From IMG/VR virus record IMGVR_UViG_3300044878_000031, positions 48,173 through 112,172 of that record: 64,000 nucleotides of DNA; one strand, written 5' to 3'. Position 1 is the stretch's first letter; every line of letters begins with the position of its first letter. The position numbers and the translations under genes are program-made. The DNA comes from a virus. Below are positions 26,425-36,168 of the stretch, piece by piece. Below the pieces are notes generated by a model. That model was not told the origin of the DNA, did no database searches, and saw only the letters and a program-made list of their open reading frames with translations.

Positions 26425-26644
26425 GGAGTTTCCTTTGTCTTCTGATTACGTGGATGATTGCCAAGCCAATGCCGAGCACGAGTACGTAGACCATCTGTGC
26501 CAACATGATAGCAGTGTCCCACAGTAGGTACTGGCAGAGCACGAAGGAGAGAACCACATAGCCAATCGACGTCAGGAGGAGGAACCATCCTACGTTGGAA
26601 ATCTCCAGCGTATAGGCCCAAGCATGTTTTAAGAAGTTACGCAT
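26348..26644 (-). CDS. small membrane protein (2-3 TM, basic C-terminus)
   Basis: GGGGGA RBS, first gene after early promoter. Confidence 0.65.
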   Translation of the reverse strand: MRNFLKHAWAYTLEISNVGWFLLLTSIGYVVLSFVLCQYLLWDTAIMLAQMVYVLVLGIGLAIIHVIRRQRKLRGYPKQNQDSYFKILVCHLSRLRRR

Positions 26645-26698
26645 GAATTCCCCCGAAAGATAAAAAGACTATTCTACAACTTTGTAGTTATCACCTAA

Positions 26699-26723
26699 GT
26701 AATATATACTTCAAATTCTTTTT
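26699..26723 (-). promoter_or_regulatory. early promoter
   Basis: AAAAAGAATTTGAAGTATATATTAC. Confidence 0.75.
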
Positions 26724-26792
26724 AACACGATTCGTTTTAAGCGGCATAAAAGCCCCTAGGGATACACACCCTAGGGGTCTTATGCGATCACG

Positions 26793-27506
26793 TCACCAGC
26801 GAGCGCTAGGAGGCTCCTGACGGGACAACAGATCAGCCGTGGAACCCTTGACCTTCTTCCATTCAGTGCTAGTCAGTTCTCGGAGGTTTTCAATCACCGC
26901 CTTATCCCAACCTTTCACCCAACGAGAGAATTCAAATGTCCAGTAGCCCTCAGTCAAGTACAACTCATGACTGAATCGAACTGTGGCACCCTTCGCAACT
27001 TCAAAGAACACCTCGATGGTTTTCTCACCGACAGCGTTACGCTGATACTCACGGACTGAGCGGTAGAAGTACTTGCCGATAATCTCAGCCGGGTACTGCC
27101 ACTTGTCAGGACCGTAAGGAACCAACCAACGTTCGTCAGTAAAGTCTGCATCGTAGAGGATCTTGACATTAGGCTTGACAGAGACCTCGTTACGGAAACC
27201 GTAAACGTACCAGCCGTCCCGCCAACCTTTGTTAGAACGCCCATACTCCCAATCGTTGCGATCCTGTTGATAACCCAAGATGCAACCAAAGATAGTAGTT
27301 GCTACACTGACCCGAGGAACCGAACGGTCTTCCTTAGGTGCAGAGCGCTGCGTCAACGCCGGGACAAACTTCTTGATCCCTGGGTTTACAGAAATGTGGT
27401 ACAACCATTCCTGCCCCAGTTCTTCAGGAGACACGATCGTACAGTTCTTACCGACACCATTACGGAACGAGTCGATGTACGACTTACAGGCTTCGACGTC
27501 TTCCAT
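26793..27506 (-). CDS. protease-adjacent protein, possible ADP-ribosyltransferase-like fold
   Basis: LYHIS...F.P, ED..VPRVSVA, D...TDE.W; ends PPSARW; fold is inferred. Confidence 0.6.
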   Translation of the reverse strand: MEDVEACKSYIDSFRNGVGKNCTIVSPEELGQEWLYHISVNPGIKKFVPALTQRSAPKEDRSVPRVSVATTIFGCILGYQQDRNDWEYGRSNKGWRDGWYVYGFRNEVSVKPNVKILYDADFTDERWLVPYGPDKWQYPAEIIGKYFYRSVREYQRNAVGEKTIEVFFEVAKGATVRFSHELYLTEGYWTFEFSRWVKGWDKAVIENLRELTSTEWKKVKGSTADLLSRQEPPSARW

Positions 27507-27515
27507 ACCGCCCCC

Positions 27516-28280
27516 TTACCAGCGAGCAGAAGGTGGTAACACCAAACCAGCCGAACCAGTCTTCTTCCAACCGAAGTCGACAAAGATGGACTTGGCGCTA
27601 ACACCGCCATTGGATTCCATCGACACACCAGCACCCACACCGATGTCCAGTCCTTCGACGTGGTCACGGGTGAACTCGGTTTCCTGGAACGATTCCAGAC
27701 CCGGAGCATTCCACTTACGTGCAATGTCAATACCCGGTTCGTTCACGTAGTCCCAAGTCACGATGGTACGAATGTGTTTAACCAGACGACCGCCTTCGAT
27801 CTTGTCATCCGTCAAAGACCGTACAGAGAAGCACACGCTCTCGTTCGGGTTCTCGAGGGACTCACCCAGGGCTTGACCTTTCGGACCGCTAGGCTTGACA
27901 TGACCGATCACAGCTACGACGCGATTACCCGACTTGTCTTTGATCGCGTTCTGCTCTAACCGGACATCTTTGAAGTGGCAACATACGTTGTCTTCGTAGA
28001 TAGTCGACACACGACGCAGGAAGCTGCGCATGTCTTGGTTAGGCAATTGTTTCGGGTGACCATACTCGCCACGGCAAGCACCGGTCTCAATCCGACGCAT
28101 CAGGTTCGACGATTGCTCGAACAATGACTTAGCCGAATTCATGGGGTAGAAAGCACCACCACTGTTGTAAGTGTCCAACCCACCCAGCACCAGCTCGTAG
28201 TAGCCGTCGCTATCAGGAGTCAACTTCCCTACTTTGTTGGTGCCGAGCAACGCGACACAACCATAACTCACACGTTCCAT
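27516..28280 (-). CDS. prohead protease (phiKZ gp175-like)
   Basis: GEYGHP (His), CFSVRS (Ser), TWDYVNEPG (Asp); GLE/SME autocleavage-type sites. Confidence 0.9.
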   Translation of the reverse strand: MERVSYGCVALLGTNKVGKLTPDSDGYYELVLGGLDTYNSGGAFYPMNSAKSLFEQSSNLMRRIETGACRGEYGHPKQLPNQDMRSFLRRVSTIYEDNVCCHFKDVRLEQNAIKDKSGNRVVAVIGHVKPSGPKGQALGESLENPNESVCFSVRSLTDDKIEGGRLVKHIRTIVTWDYVNEPGIDIARKWNAPGLESFQETEFTRDHVEGLDIGVGAGVSMESNGGVSAKSIFVDFGWKKTGSAGLVLPPSARW

Positions 28281-28285
28281 AGCAC

Positions 28286-29011
28286 TTACCTTCTCAAGAG
28301 TCCTTCGATGGGTTCTACGGTATCAGAAGGGTTAACCAGTGCTGAAGTCAAACCTTCCTCCCAGTACGCACCCACCAGTTTTGCAGTGGTGTTTGAAGCA
28401 CCGTACGTTACGCTTCGCAGCGGAATAAAGAACGGAGGGAACGTAGCCAAGTCTTTCTCGGTCTTAACTTTGTGCCGATAGAACTGGGTACGATCATCAG
28501 CCAGACGACTGATAGCAGCAACAATCATCTCCACGATGGCGTGGTTAGCACCCACCGAAACCCCTGCGTGGTGCCGAGCACTTTCGAAGATCTTGCCCAG
28601 TTCTTGGTAACCCATGAACCAAGGCACGTGTCCCTTACCTAACAGCTCGGAATAGATCCGGTAGATAAAGGTGTCGGTCTTCAGCAGGTTGATGTTGGCA
28701 ATCACCACACTACCGGGCTCGAATACGAACTCGATGTAGTCTTCGTCCTCGATCTTGATGTAGTTGGTGATGGTGGGTTCAATACGCATCATGGCGTTAG
28801 CCAACGACACACCGAAGTAAGTGTCGTCGACTGTGATTGCAAAGATACCGGAGATGCTAGTCTCGGTGCCTAAGAACGCCATCTGTTGTTCAGAAAAACG
28901 GGCAGGGATATAAATCTTACACCCCTTAGTTGTTACCAACGTCCCGTCTTCCATTTCCTTCAGATGCGCATGAACCTTGGAAGCATCACGCTTAAGCTTC
29001 TTCGGGTCCAT
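28286..29011 (-). CDS. virion RNAP small subunit (beta' C-terminal-like, phiKZ gp176-like)
   Basis: C-terminal IPLRSVTYGASNTTAKLVGAY; synteny with protease and betaN. Confidence 0.7.
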   Translation of the reverse strand: MDPKKLKRDASKVHAHLKEMEDGTLVTTKGCKIYIPARFSEQQMAFLGTETSISGIFAITVDDTYFGVSLANAMMRIEPTITNYIKIEDEDYIEFVFEPGSVVIANINLLKTDTFIYRIYSELLGKGHVPWFMGYQELGKIFESARHHAGVSVGANHAIVEMIVAAISRLADDRTQFYRHKVKTEKDLATFPPFFIPLRSVTYGASNTTAKLVGAYWEEGLTSALVNPSDTVEPIEGLLRR

Positions 29012-29021
29012 ACTTTACCTC

Positions 29022-30467
29022 TTAGTTGGTCGGGCTATCAACGGTGATCAGAGTAGCAACCCAAGTAGGGATGAACTCGATCAGGGCCAGCAGACCTACT
29101 TCACGGATTTCCAGCTCTGGGTTCTCCAGGGCTACAACGTCCATGGTGCTGAGGATGTCGAAGGCGTTGGTGTGCGGGAACATCACGTTGCAGATCACCT
29201 TACGCAAGGTGAGATACAGGTTGTCCTCGTACCAGTTGTTCGGCATCTCTTTCACGTAGGCGTGCAGAGCGCGGATGTAGATCGGACGCTCGGTGACCAA
29301 CAGGTCATCAGGCAGATCAGCGATCTGTTTCTCGACAGCACGTACCAGGCCGGTCTGGAAGTGGTTGGCCTTTTGCAGACGCAGGTTGGTAGCCATCACA
29401 CGTTCTTGCGATTGCCAAACCTTGATGTACTGATCCTTACGCTCCAGCAACATATCGAAGCTGTAGTTGCGGTCAGACACGAATGCACCGAACAGCACTT
29501 CCGGGGTACCGCCAGCTTCCAGGAACTTGTGGTAGATGTCGGAGTTCACGCGGATCTGAATCGGAGTGATACCGATGTCGTCTTCGCGGTACTGAGACCA
29601 GTCGTTGATCAGAGTCTTGCGCTTGGCACTGGACTCACGGCGTTCCAGAGCACGCACGACAGCACGACCGGATTGGGCCATGATCTCAGCGATGTACTCT
29701 TTATACGCAGCAGCACCAGCACGTACACCTTCAGGAGTCTGCTCGAGCAAACGAGCGGCCATCAGGTGGATCAGCAGGATCTGGTTCGGTTCGACGTACA
29801 GGTGGTTCAGGTGAGCCAGCAGAGAAGGCTGGTAGTCCTCGCCACGGGATACGAAGATCTTGTTGTAGATCGACTGTACGAGATCAGGAGCCTGGTCAGC
29901 GATGAAGCTTTCCAGTTCGCTGTTGAAACGAGCGATGCCAGTTTCGATCAACGCCATTGGCGAAGCGATACCGTCAGGCATTGGAACGGCGATGCTCAGA
30001 CGGACGTCCTTAACAGGGGTCTCGTTGAAGCGCTCAACCATACCGTGCAGGTAGTGGCTGTCCCAGATCGGGTTGAAGGCATCTTCCTTGATCGACAAGG
30101 CAGTGTTCTTCAGGGTCATGGCGTCATCAACGTACTGGTTGACGAACTCCAGAGCCGACTGGACACATGGGTTAACCTGGTTGCGAGCCAAGTCCATGTT
30201 CCACGCCACAGTCTTCTTCAGGACTTCGAGAACTTCGTCCATGACCATGTCGTGTTCGACGATGCCAGCAGCGTTCTTCGAGGAGGCACCAAACATGATG
30301 CGCTCTTCCAAGGTCATGTCCAGAGTCCCACGATCAGGGTTCGGGAGATAACCAGCACGGATCAGCGACGCCAGTGGAGTACCGTCGATGGCACGCAGAG
30401 CAATGCCTTTGGAGGCCAGCTTGTCAGCCAAGCTCGCCGAGGCAGTGAGGGAGTTGTAGTTCAACAT
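29022..30467 (-). CDS. virion head protein (phiKZ gp177-like)
   Basis: 481 aa, synteny. Confidence 0.7.
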   Translation of the reverse strand: MLNYNSLTASASLADKLASKGIALRAIDGTPLASLIRAGYLPNPDRGTLDMTLEERIMFGASSKNAAGIVEHDMVMDEVLEVLKKTVAWNMDLARNQVNPCVQSALEFVNQYVDDAMTLKNTALSIKEDAFNPIWDSHYLHGMVERFNETPVKDVRLSIAVPMPDGIASPMALIETGIARFNSELESFIADQAPDLVQSIYNKIFVSRGEDYQPSLLAHLNHLYVEPNQILLIHLMAARLLEQTPEGVRAGAAAYKEYIAEIMAQSGRAVVRALERRESSAKRKTLINDWSQYREDDIGITPIQIRVNSDIYHKFLEAGGTPEVLFGAFVSDRNYSFDMLLERKDQYIKVWQSQERVMATNLRLQKANHFQTGLVRAVEKQIADLPDDLLVTERPIYIRALHAYVKEMPNNWYEDNLYLTLRKVICNVMFPHTNAFDILSTMDVVALENPELEIREVGLLALIEFIPTWVATLITVDSPTN

Positions 30468-30469
30468 GG

Positions 30470-30664
30470 TTACACTACCCCGTGTTCTTTGGTGAGTTGG
30501 CGTTGAATGGTAGCTGCAACAGCAGCCTTCATGGTGGCAGGAGGAATCTTCTTACCGCCGACAGTGTTGGACACAGCCTCACCGGCTACAGCCAGGATCA
30601 GGTTAGTCGACAGCTCGATGGCGTTGCCTAACACGACCAAGTTTTGTTCGTTTGCATTTGACAT
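30470..30664 (-). CDS. small putative head protein
   Basis: 64 aa, operon-packed upstream of gp177-like gene. Confidence 0.7.
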   Translation of the reverse strand: MSNANEQNLVVLGNAIELSTNLILAVAGEAVSNTVGGKKIPPATMKAAVAATIQRQLTKEHGVV

Positions 30665-30715
30665 AACGGAATCCCGTCTTGAGAGTTAACGACGGGGAGC
30701 CGAAGCTCCCCTTAT

Positions 30716-33700
30716 TCAACCTTTTCTGTACGCCTCAACGACCTTCTTGCTCAACACTTTCAACAGCGTGGTTGTAGTGCCGATCAACTCAGGTGACAGT
30801 ACGATACGGTTCGAGATACTGGTGTAGGAGAAGAGTGCATCCAGATCCAAACCAGACTCAGTCCGGTTCACACCTGCCATCACTCGCCCAATGATGGTTT
30901 TAAGCTGGTTAGCGAATACACCTTTATCACCCACCCCGGTACCAACTTTGGTGGTGATGTATACACGGATCAGTAACGAGTCCATGTTGAGTGGATTACC
31001 TGCAACACGCAAGGCACCATCCACGCTACCAGTCAACTGCTTACGGTTCAAAGCCTTTTGGACTTTAGCCCGCTCACGGTCCCCCAGATCAGCAATGGCT
31101 CGAAGACTTGGCGACATGTCTTCTTTATCACCATTGTAGAACACCTCGATTCGTTCCACGATCCCGTTGTACTTCGCTTTAGGAGTTGGGCTCCCGAGCA
31201 GACGCAGGGTGTCGATCGAATCCTCATCGAACAAATCGGTGTTAGCCGTTACGGAGTCTTCAATAGTACATAAAATATCCTCACTCTCGACCGATTGCCC
31301 CTTGGTAACCAGACCGTGAATCTTCTGGTCAAACGTCAGGACCAAGTCACGAGGTTCCGTGATCGAGGTAGCCATCAGCTTAGCAACGCGCTCAGAGATA
31401 ACCGAGGAGTCTTCCAGTGTATCGGAACATTCCACAATAGCCGTACGCACTGTGATACCGGTCTTCATCGAAACCTGGGTAGGGTTCAACGAGCTAGGTT
31501 TGAAGTAGTGGGAGTTGTAAGAGATCACGTCCCCCGCTTTGAACTTCTGCCCAACCTTCATTCCGGTGATCACTTGGTGTGGGAATGTCTTACCAGCCAC
31601 CGTACCGAAACGACGACCCAGTTCTACACTCCGTTGTGAACCGTCTTTGTACTCGACTGTAATAGCCGTGTCAGAGACAGCTACCACCACACCGTCACCC
31701 TTCGCTGTGTAGGCGAAGAGATCATTAACCCGGTGAGGGATCACGTCACCATAACCGGTTTGTACTGCTTGTACTTCGTAGCCTTCTGCGAACATCGAGG
31801 AGTGATGTTGGATACCGATGAAGTTAACCCGTTTCGGGTCATCACGGTCAGCACAAGGAGACACCAACGCAGCGGTCGAGATCAACTTGGTAGGGCCGTC
31901 TTCACCTGGAGCGTACCGACGACTCAAACCACGCAGGGAGTTGAAGTTCGGGTCAGCAGTCAGGAACGTGGAGATTGCTACGTCACCCGAGTCCACTGTG
32001 GATTCAGAGATCACGCCCATGTCGTTAGGGTGGAACACACGGCTACGTTTTACCATCGAACGACGGGAACGTCCACCGACACCACCAAACGTCACAGCTT
32101 CCTGAGTCCGCAGACATTCAATCGGGTTCGACTCTTCCACCAGACCTTTCGACGGGTCTTCCTGAATAGCTTGCCAGATCGCGTGAGGAGCCATCTCTAC
32201 TTTGTTGCCAGCACTGCCACGACGAGCATTCTGCATCCGAGCAGAACGAACGATCTCAGCATACACCGCACCAGCCACACGTTCGTAACCTTTGATCCGC
32301 ATGTACTCCATGTCGGTCTCAGAAGGTGCCCAGTCTGTAATCAACAGTTCAGTTGCCCGAACTAACAGACCTTCCCATTCCGTGGGTTCTTTCATCTCTA
32401 CGAGCAAGTCGTAAGTGATAGGGTCAACGAACAGGTCTCGCAACAGATCGAGTTCACGCAGGTAGCGCACACCAATCTTGTTGGATTCCAGTACACTCAG
32501 GTACACGTCCTTGCGATCGAAGTCGTAGACGCTGTGGTGCTTGATTACTTTGGCGTAGGTGTTGAAACCTTCCATCAGCAAGGCAACCACTTTGTCGTCA
32601 CGGTGGAAGATCAACGTCTCGTCGTTAAAGCGAACAGTGTATTCACCGTCAGCCAACTTCAAACGTTCACCTGCCTGTTGCCGACGGAACACCGAAGGCT
32701 TGAGCGACTTGATCACACGTTCCAGACCGAAGTAGTAACCCAACGCAACACCCAGCGGAATGGCTTTGTTGAAGATCTTGATCTCCGCCATTTCCATTGG
32801 AGCGTTAGTCGTGTCCAACTCCAGCAGCTCTTCCAGCTTACCGAGAGGATCTAACCCACGGGCCTTCTGGACGTACAGGGTATCGAATTGGTCAACCAGC
32901 ACCAGCTCAGTACCTTTCTTACCAATTACCACCAAGCCTTTCTCTTCAGCAGCCTTGACAGCTTTCTCGCCGAACTCTTTCTCCCGGTGGGTGTACTCCA
33001 GGAAGAAGTCAATCCCCATCGCTTTGAAACGACGGAAACGGTGAGCCAGCACACTGTAGAGCTTAGGCACCGGTAACAGGTGGTCAAACACGTTAGACGG
33101 TTTGAGATCAGTTACGCGGTTGTCTTTCGGGTCCAGACCCATTGCTGTGATACGGTTGCACAGCCAGCCCGGATAGTTGTTTACAGCCCGTTCGCTTCGA
33201 TCAACGAAGACCTTGCCGTAATAGCTAGTGAGAGCGACACGCGTCGGAGAAACCTTGCGAATCGGGACGTCACCACGCTGCTTGCGTAGGCTATACCGTA
33301 CGCCGTTTGCCAGATAAGAACCATCAGCGTCAACCTTTGGAATTTTGAAACGAATCGTCGAACTGGCCCCGGTGGACGGAGTCAGTTTGATGGTGTGGAT
33401 TTCGTAGTGGTTAAGAACGTCTTCGACTTCCTCGACCTCATACGACGTAACCGCAATGCCAGCGTTCTGCAACGCCATCACCGAGTTGACCACGTCCTTA
33501 GGCATGATCTCTTCAATGTAACGTTTGTCGAACTCCAGCAACGAAGACTGCAACATCGACTTGTCGAAGACGAGCTTGTTGTCAGGGATCGTGTTCTTGC
33601 TGGTCATCTTCAGCGACTCTGGCGAGATCACCAGATGGTCAGCCAACATACCAGGACCGTACGGGTTCTTGATCTCTTTGTACGAGTTCGCCAACTTCAT

Positions 33701-34984
33701 CAGTCGACGGTATTCGGACGCAGACATCATCCCCGACTCAGCCAACTCGTTAGCCTTGTCAACAATCCCCTGATCCAGAGGCTTACGCTCACCACCGACT
33801 TTCACCAATGAAGGGACGCTGGTTTCGATAGCAGGTTCATCAACCGCATCGTTAACCTGATCGAGAGACTCTAGGTCTTTGTCGATCTCGTCATCCAGTT
33901 CACCAGCCTTCCGAGCTTCCTCCAAGTCTTCCTTGAGGTGACGTTCTTGCTCTTCTTTGAAGTCGATGTCACTGATGTAGTCTTCATCCACCCCAGTCAC
34001 TTCAGGACCAGATTCATCCAACCGTTTCTCAACAGTGGTCTGGCCTTTGTCGTTCTCAGGGTCTTCAGGAATCAGACCTTCCTCGTCGTCGTTTGGCTCT
34101 GGCTCTTCTTCCATCTCCAAGATCGTGTGGGATTCTTGCAGAGTGATCAGAGACTTGAGGAAACGCTTTTGCAGCACCAGAGGATCAACACCAGCGGTCT
34201 TCTTGCCGTCAGCATCAACAGCGGTACGCCACGAGTTCAGCAGCCCCAAGTTCACGCAGAACCATTTGTCTTGGCTCTGGAAGATGACGTTGATCTTCTC
34301 AAGGTTCTTAGCCTCAACGTGATTCAACGGGGACTCAGCACGGTTGTCACCCAACCACTGGAACATGTCCAGAATGTTGAAGGACTCATTACCACGCAGC
34401 TTGGACAGACTGGTACGGTCAATACGACGTTCCGCTAAACGCAGAGCAGTAAAGGCCGGAAGCATCTCCGGCAGAGTGATCCGTACGAACTGATGACGCT
34501 CAGGGTACTCGTTCACCAGATCGTTGATACGCTTCCACATCGTGACCCGGATGTTGATCCAGCGATAGTAGTTAGCGAAGAAGCTGGTGGTGTAACGCTT
34601 CACGAATTGCAGAGGTGCGAAGTTCTCACACACCCAGATCCGTGGGTTACCGAATGCCGAAGCAGGGTTTAACAGAGGGCGGAACTTCGAGCGTGTTTTA
34701 CGCTGGTAGTCACGTAGAGGCTTACCCACCACGAATGGAGTCTGACGCGGGTTACCGATCTCAGACTTCAGCTCAGTGATGTGCTCAATGTAAACAATCT
34801 TCTCAGCACGTTTGACCAGAGGGTCATCAATGCCGATACCAAAGTTTACGGTGTCTTCGGGAAAGTAGTTGATCACCGCCCCTTGTGGGAGCGCTAACTT
34901 ACCGATCCCGTACGTGATGGGTGCCGTGAAGTTTGGTAGGCGACGCACACCAAACGCACGATACCACATGGGGTAAAGAAGCAT
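30716..34984 (-). CDS. virion RNA polymerase beta subunit, N-terminal part (phiKZ gp178-like)
   Basis: GVISESTVDSGDV, DRDDPKR, TLEDS..IS, GDKGVFANQLK beta motifs. Confidence 0.93.
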   Translation of the reverse strand: MLLYPMWYRAFGVRRLPNFTAPITYGIGKLALPQGAVINYFPEDTVNFGIGIDDPLVKRAEKIVYIEHITELKSEIGNPRQTPFVVGKPLRDYQRKTRSKFRPLLNPASAFGNPRIWVCENFAPLQFVKRYTTSFFANYYRWINIRVTMWKRINDLVNEYPERHQFVRITLPEMLPAFTALRLAERRIDRTSLSKLRGNESFNILDMFQWLGDNRAESPLNHVEAKNLEKINVIFQSQDKWFCVNLGLLNSWRTAVDADGKKTAGVDPLVLQKRFLKSLITLQESHTILEMEEEPEPNDDEEGLIPEDPENDKGQTTVEKRLDESGPEVTGVDEDYISDIDFKEEQERHLKEDLEEARKAGELDDEIDKDLESLDQVNDAVDEPAIETSVPSLVKVGGERKPLDQGIVDKANELAESGMMSASEYRRLMKLANSYKEIKNPYGPGMLADHLVISPESLKMTSKNTIPDNKLVFDKSMLQSSLLEFDKRYIEEIMPKDVVNSVMALQNAGIAVTSYEVEEVEDVLNHYEIHTIKLTPSTGASSTIRFKIPKVDADGSYLANGVRYSLRKQRGDVPIRKVSPTRVALTSYYGKVFVDRSERAVNNYPGWLCNRITAMGLDPKDNRVTDLKPSNVFDHLLPVPKLYSVLAHRFRRFKAMGIDFFLEYTHREKEFGEKAVKAAEEKGLVVIGKKGTELVLVDQFDTLYVQKARGLDPLGKLEELLELDTTNAPMEMAEIKIFNKAIPLGVALGYYFGLERVIKSLKPSVFRRQQAGERLKLADGEYTVRFNDETLIFHRDDKVVALLMEGFNTYAKVIKHHSVYDFDRKDVYLSVLESNKIGVRYLRELDLLRDLFVDPITYDLLVEMKEPTEWEGLLVRATELLITDWAPSETDMEYMRIKGYERVAGAVYAEIVRSARMQNARRGSAGNKVEMAPHAIWQAIQEDPSKGLVEESNPIECLRTQEAVTFGGVGGRSRRSMVKRSRVFHPNDMGVISESTVDSGDVAISTFLTADPNFNSLRGLSRRYAPGEDGPTKLISTAALVSPCADRDDPKRVNFIGIQHHSSMFAEGYEVQAVQTGYGDVIPHRVNDLFAYTAKGDGVVVAVSDTAITVEYKDGSQRSVELGRRFGTVAGKTFPHQVITGMKVGQKFKAGDVISYNSHYFKPSSLNPTQVSMKTGITVRTAIVECSDTLEDSSVISERVAKLMATSITEPRDLVLTFDQKIHGLVTKGQSVESEDILCTIEDSVTANTDLFDEDSIDTLRLLGSPTPKAKYNGIVERIEVFYNGDKEDMSPSLRAIADLGDRERAKVQKALNRKQLTGSVDGALRVAGNPLNMDSLLIRVYITTKVGTGVGDKGVFANQLKTIIGRVMAGVNRTESGLDLDALFSYTSISNRIVLSPELIGTTTTLLKVLSKKVVEAYRKG

Positions 34985-34998
34985 AGGCTACTCCAGTG

Positions 34999-36168
34999 TC
35001 AATCTTTGTAAAGGAACAGGGACTCTTCCACGAGGTCGACAATCGACTTGGCGTAGTAGGTGCACAGAACACACAGCTTCTGCGACGGAGAGATCATGTC
35101 ATCAGCGGTGAAGTGATAGATGTCGTCCAACACACCGAGGTAGTAACCCGACAGACCAGCCGCACCAAAGTTGATGGTAGGGCGCAGGTACGACGCTACT
35201 TGAGCGTAACCACACGGACCAGCATCAATGATGTCAGCTACGTGGTTGAACTCTTTGTCGAGGACTTTGGCGTGGTCTTCCAACTTCAGAGCGATCTCCA
35301 GTAGCATCAGCATCTCTTTCGGAGCCAGTGCACGGAAGTCACGAATCTTCAGTTGGTTTTTGGGAACGTTAGCCCAACGAGCACGACGGTGTTGCTTGCT
35401 GGCAAACTTAGCCAACGATTCACGCACCTTCGGGTTCACAGCTTTAACGTCAACTGGATTCGGATCGAAGAAACGTTCTTCACCCGGCAGGATCTGCTTG
35501 AGGTCACGGTCGCTCAAGGAAGCAGTCGGAGCAGTGAACTTCGAGCAGAACTGTTCGAACTCCATCCGAATGGTGTCTTCCTTCAACGTCCGGTTCATCG
35601 CCGCTTCGTTGAGACGTTTGACAATGTCACCAATCTCTTTCCGTACAGCCTGACCCTTGACAATGAACTGTCCTTGGTAAGGCTTGAGCAGACCCGAGTA
35701 GCCAGAGAACAATGCCGTGATGTTGTAATCCAGCTTCCCGTTGATGCACAGACGCTTGAGAGTTTTCTCGTCAGTGATCTTGCCGTTAGGATTACCCTTG
35801 ATCTGTTCGATCCGAGGCTTGAGCTTGGACACCCGAGCTTTGATCTGGGTAGTGTTCTCACCCACAAAGAAACGACTCCGGTTCTGGAAGACCTTCTCGT
35901 AGGTTTTGTTCAGAGCACGCTTGACCCGATCGAGCATCGAGTTGATCGCTTCCATCGAGATCGTCCCACCGTCTTCCAAAGAAGCAGTAGGCTCACCCAA
36001 ACGACCATAGAAACCCAACACGTTAGCGTAGGCCACGAGGTCTACGTTGCGATCGTGTTTCAGATCAGTGCGCATACTTTCCAGAGAAGCCTTAGCTCCC
36101 TTCAAGTCACGCACTAACTCACGATAGTCCTTGGCGGACATCTGGTTAATGTCAAATTGCATGATCAA
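34999..36168 (-). CDS. internal head protein paralog
   Basis: ASLE, ASLE, ISME sites followed by L.RVK helix, same layout as 22627..23883. Confidence 0.65.
   Translation of the reverse strand: MIMQFDINQMSAKDYRELVRDLKGAKASLESMRTDLKHDRNVDLVAYANVLGFYGRLGEPTASLEDGGTISMEAINSMLDRVKRALNKTYEKVFQNRSRFFVGENTTQIKARVSKLKPRIEQIKGNPNGKITDEKTLKRLCINGKLDYNITALFSGYSGLLKPYQGQFIVKGQAVRKEIGDIVKRLNEAAMNRTLKEDTIRMEFEQFCSKFTAPTASLSDRDLKQILPGEERFFDPNPVDVKAVNPKVRESLAKFASKQHRRARWANVPKNQLKIRDFRALAPKEMLMLLEIALKLEDHAKVLDKEFNHVADIIDAGPCGYAQVASYLRPTINFGAAGLSGYYLGVLDDIYHFTADDMISPSQKLCVLCTYYAKSIVDLVEESLFLYKD

Noticed and set aside
26209-26644. Holin call for the small TM genes
   Set aside because: Behind an early promoter with no adjacent endolysin
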